DNA of 58,622 nt, from contig SXYU01000023.1 in the NCBI GenBank assembly GCA_005788235.1, positions 1 to 58,622 of the forward strand. The letters are read 5' to 3'. Made by a program: the position numbers and the translations under genes. Shown piece by piece: positions 26,778-35,454 of this stretch. Positions within the stretch are counted from its first letter, which is position 1. The number at the start of each line of letters is the position of its first letter. The notes under the pieces were generated by a model. That model was not told the origin of the DNA. It made no database searches and worked only from the letters and a program-made list of their open reading frames with translations. The DNA comes from Cytophagales bacterium. GTDB taxonomy: Bacteria; Bacteroidota; Bacteroidia; Cytophagales; Cyclobacteriaceae.

Positions 26778-28412
26778 ATGAAAAAAACAATAAATATTAA
26801 ATACTTCTTGATTGGCCTAGGACTGACTTATTTTGCTTCATCTTGTGTGGATTTAGAGGAGAAGGTTTATAGCCAGGTTACTTCAGATAACTTCTTCCAA
26901 ACAGATGAAGAATTTATTTCAGCATTAGGAGGAGCCTACTCTTCTTTAGGCGGATTGGGTAACCACTCTGGCCTTTGGTCAATCAATGAAATTTCATCCG
27001 ATGAAATTGTAGTTTCTCATAAGGGTGGTGACTGGTTTGACGGTGGTGTTCTTTTACAATTGCACCAGCATGAATTCCAAAAGGATAATCCATTTTTGAA
27101 TAACACATGGAACTTCCTTTATGGAGGAATCAACACCTGCAATAGATTGATCTATTCTTTCGAGCAACTGAAAAATGCGAACTCTCCTGCATACATTGCT
27201 GAGCTTAGAGCTTTGAGAGCTTTGTATTATTTTTGGGCTATGGATGCGTTTGGAAACGTTCCTATCGTAACCGATTTTACGTCTACTGTAAAGCCTTCTA
27301 ATAGTTCAAGAAAAGTGGTTTATGATTTCATTTTGAAAGAATTGAATGAAATTATCCCATTACTTCCTACAAAGAAGGATGGTACCACTTATGGTAGAAT
27401 GACTAAGTGGGGTGCGTTGACCATCAGAATGAAATTGTATCTAAATTCAGAAGTCTATACTGGAACTCCTCAATGGGCTCTAGCTGCTGCTGATGCTGCT
27501 ACAATTATCAATACTGGTCCGTACACCTTGAATCCTTCTTATGCGGCAAACTTTGCCATCAATAACTCAGGATCTCCAGAGAATATTTTTGTCTATCCTT
27601 ATGACAAGGTATTTGCTGGCGGCTTCAACTGGGTACAGATGACGCTACATATTGTAAGTCAGTCTACTTTCGGTCTTACTGATCAGCCTTGGAATGGATA
27701 TCAAACTGTAGAAGAGTTTTACAATTCTTACATTGATCCAGAGAAAAACCCAGGTACTCAAGGGCCAGTTTGGAAAGGGCTAGCATTGACTCAGTCTACA
27801 GGTACAACTGATGGTAGATTAACCAATTTCTTGGTTGGGCCACAAAAAAGAGCTGATGGATCAGTTTTAATCGATCCAGGAGTTGAAGTAACCGATCCTT
27901 CTGGATTGAAGGGAGATCCGAATGGACCACCATTGACCTTCATGCCATTCTTGAATGAGATTTCTCCAGGAGGTTTGAGACAGGCTGGAGCTAGAATTGC
28001 TAAGTATGAGTTTGAGAGAGGTGGTACACCAAACATGAGCAATGACTTCGTTATTTTTAGACTTTCTGATGTCATTCTTTCTCTTGCTGAGGCTAACTTC
28101 AGATTAGGAAAAACTGCTGAAGCTTTGCCTTTAGTCAACCAAATCCGTGCTAGAGCAGGTAATCTTCAGCCTTTCACTACCTTAACTGCTGATAATTTAT
28201 ACCAGGAAAGAGGTAGAGAATTGTATGTGGAGATGACTAGAAGACAAGATCAAATCCGCTTTAAAAAGTATGGTGAGGCATGGTGGCCGTTTGCAGGTAT
28301 GAACAGACCTAAGAAAGTTCACGCTCCTGGAAGCTTCTTGGAAATCTTCCCTATTCCACAACCACAGCTTCTTGCCAACACAAACTTGAAGCAGAATCCA
28401 GGATACAATTAA
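26778..28412 (+). CDS. susD: SusD/RagB family nutrient-uptake lipoprotein
   Basis: Lipobox ASSC; LRALYYF..MDAFGNVP, FRLSDVIL..AEA, VNQIRARAG, ERGRELYVE..RRQDQIRF, C-terminal PIP..N.NLKQNPGY. Confidence 0.95.
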   Translation: MKKTINIKYFLIGLGLTYFASSCVDLEEKVYSQVTSDNFFQTDEEFISALGGAYSSLGGLGNHSGLWSINEISSDEIVVSHKGGDWFDGGVLLQLHQHEFQKDNPFLNNTWNFLYGGINTCNRLIYSFEQLKNANSPAYIAELRALRALYYFWAMDAFGNVPIVTDFTSTVKPSNSSRKVVYDFILKELNEIIPLLPTKKDGTTYGRMTKWGALTIRMKLYLNSEVYTGTPQWALAAADAATIINTGPYTLNPSYAANFAINNSGSPENIFVYPYDKVFAGGFNWVQMTLHIVSQSTFGLTDQPWNGYQTVEEFYNSYIDPEKNPGTQGPVWKGLALTQSTGTTDGRLTNFLVGPQKRADGSVLIDPGVEVTDPSGLKGDPNGPPLTFMPFLNEISPGGLRQAGARIAKYEFERGGTPNMSNDFVIFRLSDVILSLAEANFRLGKTAEALPLVNQIRARAGNLQPFTTLTADNLYQERGRELYVEMTRRQDQIRFKKYGEAWWPFAGMNRPKKVHAPGSFLEIFPIPQPQLLANTNLKQNPGYN

Positions 28413-28434
28413 TTAGTTCTTGGTTCTAATACAT

Positions 28435-28467
28435 AAGCAGGCTGTTTTTAACAGCCTGCTTTTTTTT
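28435..28467 (+). terminator. Rho-independent terminator after susD
   Basis: AAGCAGGCTGTT-TTT-AACAGCCTGCTT followed by a T run. Confidence 0.88.
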
Positions 28468-28633
28468 GATGTTTTTCATAGTGCATTAATGATTTTTAAA
28501 AATTGGGATCTTTTTAAGGAGGAGAATTCGTAGACTCAAAAAAATATAAAAAACTACATGGTGGTATTCAGGCTTATCTAACTGAACTTAATCGAAGAAT
28601 CACTAAATTCGCGATGTAAAAAGAAAAATTTAT

Positions 28634-29227
28634 ATGCGTGTCTTCCTACCAATTCTTGCTCTGTTAATTCTAAGTATTGCCTTTCAAGGCTGCAATTCTC
28701 CTTCATTTAATTTCTCTAGTAAAGATTCACCAAAAACTGATAGTCTTTTTTTGGGCTTTTATTTAGGCATGGCACAAAAGGATTTTTTTGATCGCTGCAC
28801 AGAATTAAATAGCCAGCAAAAAATAACCCAGGGTTCTGGAGGCGCCACTAGTGTTGAGCATAAAATTAAAGGCACCTACGGAGGCGATGTGAGCATGCGT
28901 TTTTTCCCTACGTTTATAAAAAAGGAAATGTATGAAATGCCGGTTACCTATACCTATGATTCATGGGCTCCTTGGAATAAGGAATACTCTTCCGCAGCTT
29001 TGTTGCCAAAAATATTGGAAAAATATAAGGCTATCTATGGAGGTGAATTTAAGATTGTAAACCATCCGTACCAAGGAAAGATTTATTATAGAATGGATGG
29101 GAAGCGAAGAATCAACTTATTTATAAAAGATGATCAGTTTGTCCAAGCAATTTTTACTGATATGGAGGTTGAAGAAAGACTCAAAGTAGAATTTGAAAAA
29201 AGCCAATCCCAAAAGCCAGTGAATTGA
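28634..29227 (+). CDS. Hypothetical lipoprotein
   Basis: Lipobox FQGC; 197 aa; no family recognised (segments LFLGFYLGM..KDFFDRC and YDSWAPWN). Confidence 0.75.
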   Translation: MRVFLPILALLILSIAFQGCNSPSFNFSSKDSPKTDSLFLGFYLGMAQKDFFDRCTELNSQQKITQGSGGATSVEHKIKGTYGGDVSMRFFPTFIKKEMYEMPVTYTYDSWAPWNKEYSSAALLPKILEKYKAIYGGEFKIVNHPYQGKIYYRMDGKRRINLFIKDDQFVQAIFTDMEVEERLKVEFEKSQSQKPVN

Positions 29228-29266
29228 CTTTTTATATTTAAAGTCTTCAAAAATATTTAAAATGTA

Positions 29267-32200
29267 ATGAAATTTGGTCTAGCTAAGTTATGGGTTTTGT
29301 CTTTATTTATTTTTTATTCATGCGCTAAAAAACCCGATTTAGAACAAAAGAATACACTTTTTGTAAATCTGCCCTCTCAAAAGACGGGTGTTGATTTTAT
29401 CAATTTGCTAACTGAAACAGAAGAGTTTAATATCATTGAATACCTTTATTTTTATAACGGAGGAGGGGTTTCAGTCGGCGACATCAATAACGATGGGCTT
29501 ATTGATATTTACTTTTCTTCGAATCAAGGTCCAAATAAACTTTTCCTAAATAAAGGGAAAATGGTTTTTGAGGACATCTCAAAAAAGTCAGGTTTGGAAT
29601 CTTTAGGCTCCTGGAAAACAGGAGTAAGCATGGTTGACATCAATGGGGATGGGTTTCTTGATATTTACGTATGTAGGTTGGGCAATTTTAAAGGCATAAC
29701 GGGTAAAAATGAGCTTTATATCAACAATGGAGACCTGACTTTTAGTGAAAAAGCTGCTGAATATGGCTTGGATTTTCAGGGCTTTAGTACGCAGGCTTCT
29801 TTTTTTGATTACGATAGAGACGGGGATCTAGACATGTATTTGCTTAACCATGCGGTTCATTCAGAACAAAGCTTTGGAAGAGGAGCTCTTCGCTACATCA
29901 ATGATGGTTTTGCAGGGGATCGATTGTTTAAAAATAATTCTGATCAAGGGGAAAAGAGATTTACGGATATTACGAACGAGGCAAAGATTTATTCAAGTCA
30001 GCTGGGTTATGGTTTAGGAAGTGGGATTTCAGATCTGAACAATGATGGTTGGCCAGACCTGTATGTTTCCAATGACTTTAATGAAAATGATTACCTCTAC
30101 CTCAATAAGGCTGACGGTACTTTCCAAGATCAAACTTCCTCATCCCTAAATTACAGCAGTAGGTTTTCCATGGGTAGTGATTTTGCTGATTTAAATAATG
30201 ATGGCTGGGTGGATTTTATTACCCTAGACATGTTGGCAAAGGACGAGACCATTCAAAAATTATCCCAAGGCGAGGATACAGAAGAAAACCTACAAAAGAA
30301 GTTGAATTATGGATTTGAAAGACAATTCTCTAGAAACTGTTTTCAATTGAATAACGGCAATGGCACATTTTCAGAAATAGCCCAACTTTCAGGTATTTCG
30401 GCCACGGATTGGAGTTGGGGGGTGCTATTGGCTGATTACGATAACGACGGCTGGAAAGATATTTTTATTTCGAATGGGATTGTTCGAAGACCAAATGATT
30501 TGGATTACATGAACTTTGTGACCAATCCCAACTTGGAAAATGGCCTACAAAACAACTCTGAAATTACTGACCGAGAGTTGGCTTCCGAAATGCCTTCCGG
30601 GGATGTTGCCAATTTCTTCTTCCGGAACAACAAGGATTTGACATTTCAAGATGTGAGCTCTACATGGAATGTCCCCCAAAAAAATAGTTCTAATGGTGCA
30701 GCCTATGCCGATCTAGATAACGATGGGGATCTAGATTTAATCATCAACAACATCAATTCCACAGCGCAAATCTTAGAAAACCAACAGACGCAACAATTGG
30801 GTAACTCGAAAAATAACTTTTTAAAAATCAGATTTAAGGGCCTAGTTGGGAATACATTTGGGATTGGGAGTCGGGTTGAAGCATTTGGAAATATGGGGCG
30901 AATGATTCAAGAGAACTTTACTAGCCGTGGTTTTCAATCCGCTACAGCTCCTGAAGTACATCTAGGCCTTGGAGAAATAACTAGTTTAGATTCTCTTAAA
31001 ATAATTTGGCCAAGTGGGAAGATTGAAAAATTCACAAATGTTAAAGCCAACCAAACCCTCATTGTGGATGAGTCTGCGGCAAAAACTGGGCCTGGTTATT
31101 TGGTTCAAAGTAAAGAGGCTATCTTGAAAATCATAGAGAATAACCTATCTGGGTTAGATTTTGACCATTACGAAGACAATTTCAATGACTTCAATTATGA
31201 ATCCCTTCTTCCTCACAGGCTTTCACAAGAGGGACCAGCCTTGGCTGTAGGAGATGTAAATGGTGACGGGAGAGAAGATCTTTATGTAGGAGGGGCAGCA
31301 GGACAAGAGGGGACTTTATTTATCCAACTTAAAGGAGGGAAATTTGAAAAGTCCAATCAACCAAGTTTCCAAAAAGATGCTCCCCATGAAGATACTGAAG
31401 CTATTTTTTTTGATAGCAATAACGATGGTTTTCTGGATCTAATTATTGGAAGAGGCGGAAATGTGGTTAATTCGAGTGATGCAGGGGGACAATCCAAAAT
31501 TTATTTAAATAACGGAAAAGGAAAGTTTGATCAGAGTATCAGTCTTCCTTTGGAAAAAAATGCTCAGGTTTCAGTACTTCTAGCACATGATTTTGATAAG
31601 GATGGCCTAGAAGATTTGATGATTGGTGGAAGGAATGTTGCTGGAAAATATGGGCAAATTCCTCGGAGTTATCTATTAAAGAATCTAGGTGAAAATCGAT
31701 ACCAAGACATTACCAAACAAATTGCTCCAGAATTGGCAAGCCTAGGCTTAGTCAAAGATGCGGCTTGGATAGATATTGACGCAGATGGCAACCTTGATTT
31801 AATTGTCATTGGAGAATGGATGCCGATCACTGTTTTCTTGAATAAAAATGGAAAGCTAGTGAATGAGACCGCAAGTTTTGGATTGGAAAATACGAATGGA
31901 TGGTGGAACTCAATTGCCGTAGAAGATTTTAATAAAGACGGTTTCCCAGAGGTAGTGGTTGGCAATTTGGGGTTGAATCATAGAATGAAACCTAGTCAGG
32001 AGTTTCCCATAAAAATGATGCTAGCTGATTTTGATAAAAATGGAAGTGTTGAGCAAATCGTCTCGTATCCTGTGGAAGGGAAGTATTTTACGGTAGCAAG
32101 CAAAGATGAACTAGTGAAGCAAATTCCTGCCCTTAAAAAAGAATTTGTCCGTTACAATGATTTTGCGGGTAAAACTGTCGATGAAATATTCGCTAAATTC

Positions 32201-32605
32201 CAAATCAAGGAGGCGCCTTATTTAAAATCCTATCAATTTGAATCTTTGGTGCTTTACAACCAAAAAGGCAAAAAGTTTATCTCTCAGCCACTTCCTATTG
32301 AAGCACAATTTTCACCAATCGCGGATATCGCTATTGAGGATATCGATCAAGATGGATATTTAGACCTTATTTTAGGAGGAAACACCACTGCTGTCGCCTC
32401 TTATTTTGGTTCGTATCAGGGGAATTGGGGACTGATCCTGAAAGGTGATGCAAATGGATTCTTCAAAACCTTCAAGGATAGTCCTTTGAAAATAAAGGGG
32501 GATGTGAAGAAAATTAAAGAGGTGACTGTAGGAACCAAAAAATGGTTTGTTTTTGCAAAAAATAATTCAAGTTTGGAAGTGTTCAGTAGCTCGAAAAATC
32601 ATTAG
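29267..32605 (+). CDS. FG-GAP/VCBS repeat lipoprotein with ASPIC/UnbV domain, paralog 3
   Basis: Lipobox FYSC; YFYNGGGVSVGD, SATDWSWG, SNGAAYADLDNDGDLDL, RGFQSATAPEVHLGLG..WPSG. Confidence 0.9.
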   Translation: MKFGLAKLWVLSLFIFYSCAKKPDLEQKNTLFVNLPSQKTGVDFINLLTETEEFNIIEYLYFYNGGGVSVGDINNDGLIDIYFSSNQGPNKLFLNKGKMVFEDISKKSGLESLGSWKTGVSMVDINGDGFLDIYVCRLGNFKGITGKNELYINNGDLTFSEKAAEYGLDFQGFSTQASFFDYDRDGDLDMYLLNHAVHSEQSFGRGALRYINDGFAGDRLFKNNSDQGEKRFTDITNEAKIYSSQLGYGLGSGISDLNNDGWPDLYVSNDFNENDYLYLNKADGTFQDQTSSSLNYSSRFSMGSDFADLNNDGWVDFITLDMLAKDETIQKLSQGEDTEENLQKKLNYGFERQFSRNCFQLNNGNGTFSEIAQLSGISATDWSWGVLLADYDNDGWKDIFISNGIVRRPNDLDYMNFVTNPNLENGLQNNSEITDRELASEMPSGDVANFFFRNNKDLTFQDVSSTWNVPQKNSSNGAAYADLDNDGDLDLIINNINSTAQILENQQTQQLGNSKNNFLKIRFKGLVGNTFGIGSRVEAFGNMGRMIQENFTSRGFQSATAPEVHLGLGEITSLDSLKIIWPSGKIEKFTNVKANQTLIVDESAAKTGPGYLVQSKEAILKIIENNLSGLDFDHYEDNFNDFNYESLLPHRLSQEGPALAVGDVNGDGREDLYVGGAAGQEGTLFIQLKGGKFEKSNQPSFQKDAPHEDTEAIFFDSNNDGFLDLIIGRGGNVVNSSDAGGQSKIYLNNGKGKFDQSISLPLEKNAQVSVLLAHDFDKDGLEDLMIGGRNVAGKYGQIPRSYLLKNLGENRYQDITKQIAPELASLGLVKDAAWIDIDADGNLDLIVIGEWMPITVFLNKNGKLVNETASFGLENTNGWWNSIAVEDFNKDGFPEVVVGNLGLNHRMKPSQEFPIKMMLADFDKNGSVEQIVSYPVEGKYFTVASKDELVKQIPALKKEFVRYNDFAGKTVDEIFAKFQIKEAPYLKSYQFESLVLYNQKGKKFISQPLPIEAQFSPIADIAIEDIDQDGYLDLILGGNTTAVASYFGSYQGNWGLILKGDANGFFKTFKDSPLKIKGDVKKIKEVTVGTKKWFVFAKNNSSLEVFSSSKNH

Positions 32606-32801
32606 TACTTCACTTTTTACGAGATTAAGTTACTGTATATTATATCCTGTATTATTCTCCTTTGTGATTATCCCCCGTGGGGAAAAGGCATGTTGAGCTA
32701 TCGGTATGGTTATGGATCATCACATTTCCCTTTTGTTAAAACTTCTTACCCTTTCCTTTCGTTCAGTATTACATCCGTAACTTTCGGAGATAAATTAGTC
32801 T

Positions 32802-35453
32802 ATGCCCAACAAGTATTTCTTTTATCTAGTGCTATTTTTTATAAGTTCCTTCAGCTTATTGAATGGACAAGGGATTAAAGGGACGGTGACTACCCAAGAG
32901 GGGGAGCCCTTGCCATTTGCTTCCGTGTACATCCGAAACCTACAAGATGGTGTGCCAACCAACGAAAACGGGCGCTACGAATTCAAATTGGCTCCAGGAC
33001 TTTACGATGTGGTCGTACAACATCTTGGATATGCTTCGCAAATCCGCACCGTAGAAATCAAATCAGATTGGGTTACGCTCGACTTTTCGCTTGTATCTCA
33101 AGTGATTAACCTAAGTCAAGTGGAGGTAAAGGCAGGAGCAGAAGATCCCGCCCTGACAATCATGCGAAAGGCAATCGCCAAGGCAACCTACCACCGACTT
33201 CAGCTCCAGCGCTACGCAATGACGGTGTATCTCAAAGGATCAGGTCAATTGACCGATGCTCCGTTTTTTCTGAAAAAGAAGCTAGCTGAAGAAGGACTCA
33301 AGCTCAACGAGGCCTACACCTCCGAGGCGGTCTCAAGGATTACCTTTACCTTACCTAATAAAGTGGAAGAGAGAGTGATTTCTATCCGTACCAACGGAGA
33401 CAATCAGGGCACTTCTCCCGCTCGATACATCCAAACTTCCTTTTACCAAGATCAAGTGAATGAGGTGGTGTCGCCACTTTCCAAATCTGCTTTTATCTAT
33501 TATCAATTTACCTTTCAAGGGAGCTTCTTCGATCAAAATATCCTTATCAATAAAATCAAGGTCACCCCTAGGTCTCGAGGTGAACGCGTTTTTGAGGGCT
33601 TTATCTACATTATTGACGAATTATGGGCCATTCACAGCTTGGACTTAAAGACCTCGGTACTGGGTTTTCAAGTTCATATCCGACATAATTACTCCCCCAT
33701 AGCCACCAATGTGTGGATGCCACTGACCCAGCAGTATACCTTTGGTGGCAAGGTTTTTGGCTTTGCAGGACAGTTCAACTACTTCGTGTCCACTCGAGAT
33801 TACGACATCAAACTCAATCCAGATCTTCAGCACAAGCCTGAACTGGTAGATGAAAAAATTCAGCAAGCACCCCTGAACACCCAGAAATTTTCAAAGTCGG
33901 TATCCTCCCTCGAGCAGCTAGCCAGTGAACAGCCAAAAACACAAAAGGAGTACCGCAAACTGCTCAACCAATACGAAAAGGAAGTGATTCAGCAGCGCCA
34001 AGAAGAGGAGAAAAAGGGGGTGGTATCCGAACGAAATTATGAGGTGGATACGCTTGCGCGGAAACGTGATCTGGCCTATTGGGATAGCATACGGCCTGTG
34101 CCGCTTAGCCTAAAGGAAATAGAAGGATACAAGCGCGATGACAGTCTAGCTATCATCGAAGCGGCCAAAAGGTCTGAAGTTGATTCGATCGCCAAAAAGG
34201 CCCGTACTAAGTTTCAACCCCAAGACTTAATTATGGGGGGCAGTTACAGTTTTGGGAAAGGCAAATCCATTGGCTTCCCAGTGAATCTGACCAAATTTTC
34301 CTTCAACACCGTCGAAGGATACAAACTTGGACTTGGATTTTATTACCGAAAGCTGGAGGAAATCAAGCTAGCAGATTCGGTCAACCGCATCCGGAAGGTT
34401 TTTCGTATTGAACCTGAGCTCCGCTATGGATTTTTAAGTGAACAATGGTATGGGAAAGTAGCGATTCGGAGATCTATTAATAAACCTACCACAGGAGTCA
34501 ATTGGGGAGTATCTGGAGGTAGATTTGCATATCAATTTAATCCAGAGGATCCAATCCAGGAGCAAATCAATGCGGCTTATTCCCTTTATGCCAGAAGAAA
34601 TTACCTGAAATTATACGAGCAAGATTTTGTGCAAGCTACTTGGGGTCAGCGCAAGTCCCCGGCTTTAAGCTATCAACTCACCTTCCTATGGGCGGAAAGG
34701 AGACCGCTTGAAAACACCACGGATTATAGTTTTTCGAAAAATAGGGAGCAGGACTATTCCTCCAATACCCCATTCAATGTGGAAGCAGGAGATGTGGCTT
34801 TCTCCAATCACCAAATCGCCAAATTCCAAGCAACTTTGAACTGGAGGCCAGGGCTCACCTATTCCATTCGGAACGGACGAAAAATTCCCAATTACGAGCG
34901 CGCACCTTTGCTTTCGTTTACCTACCAGAAGGCAATGCCACTAGCCAATACGTCGAGTTTGGCCGCAGATTTCGACCAGCTGGAAGCTTCCCTGAAGCAT
35001 GATTTTTCTTTTGGGGTAAGTGGCAAGCTAGAATTCAACCTTACTGCAGGAACATTTCTAAATAATCGCCAGGTGTTTTTCCAAGATTACAAACATTTTG
35101 GAGGGAATCGAACACTTTTCTCCTCCATGGGGGCAGCCTCAAACTACCGCGTGATGGACTACTACCGCTACAGCACATCTGGATCCTATGTGTCGAGCAT
35201 TGCCCACTACCAATTCCGCAAATTTATTTTTACGCAGCTCCCCATGCTTCGCTTCTCGGGAGTGAGGGAAAATATATTTGTCAACTACCTTAAAACTCAA
35301 AACTCACCGCATTACACAGAAGTTGGCTATTCTCTAGATAACCTCTTCCGGGTTTTCAGAGTAGAATTTGCTGCTGGCTTTGAAAACGGCCAATTCCTCC
35401 GTGCTCGTCCGCTATTTGGAGTAGCTACTTTCCTAAATATTTCGATTGATTAA
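32802..35453 (+). CDS. DUF5686 family outer-membrane protein with N-terminal carboxypeptidase-regulatory-like domain
   Basis: Signal peptide; GEPLPFASV..TNENGRY; DPALTIMRKAIA; SPLS..AFIYY.F; YWDSIRPVPL; FNTVEG; beta-barrel-like C-terminus. Confidence 0.8.
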   Translation: MPNKYFFYLVLFFISSFSLLNGQGIKGTVTTQEGEPLPFASVYIRNLQDGVPTNENGRYEFKLAPGLYDVVVQHLGYASQIRTVEIKSDWVTLDFSLVSQVINLSQVEVKAGAEDPALTIMRKAIAKATYHRLQLQRYAMTVYLKGSGQLTDAPFFLKKKLAEEGLKLNEAYTSEAVSRITFTLPNKVEERVISIRTNGDNQGTSPARYIQTSFYQDQVNEVVSPLSKSAFIYYQFTFQGSFFDQNILINKIKVTPRSRGERVFEGFIYIIDELWAIHSLDLKTSVLGFQVHIRHNYSPIATNVWMPLTQQYTFGGKVFGFAGQFNYFVSTRDYDIKLNPDLQHKPELVDEKIQQAPLNTQKFSKSVSSLEQLASEQPKTQKEYRKLLNQYEKEVIQQRQEEEKKGVVSERNYEVDTLARKRDLAYWDSIRPVPLSLKEIEGYKRDDSLAIIEAAKRSEVDSIAKKARTKFQPQDLIMGGSYSFGKGKSIGFPVNLTKFSFNTVEGYKLGLGFYYRKLEEIKLADSVNRIRKVFRIEPELRYGFLSEQWYGKVAIRRSINKPTTGVNWGVSGGRFAYQFNPEDPIQEQINAAYSLYARRNYLKLYEQDFVQATWGQRKSPALSYQLTFLWAERRPLENTTDYSFSKNREQDYSSNTPFNVEAGDVAFSNHQIAKFQATLNWRPGLTYSIRNGRKIPNYERAPLLSFTYQKAMPLANTSSLAADFDQLEASLKHDFSFGVSGKLEFNLTAGTFLNNRQVFFQDYKHFGGNRTLFSSMGAASNYRVMDYYRYSTSGSYVSSIAHYQFRKFIFTQLPMLRFSGVRENIFVNYLKTQNSPHYTEVGYSLDNLFRVFRVEFAAGFENGQFLRARPLFGVATFLNISID

Positions 35454-35454
35454 C

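Noticed and set aside
16537-32605. Enediyne biosynthetic cluster suggested by the UnbV domain name plus a halogenating enzyme
   Set aside because: No PKS, NRPS, thioesterase or other biosynthetic genes; all components are envelope proteins around a SusC/SusD importer.
32668-32690. TTATCCCCCGTGGGGAAAAGG resembling TTATCCCGTTGGGGAGGAAAG near 12497
   Set aside because: The match is short and imperfect with only two instances, so it cannot be distinguished from chance.
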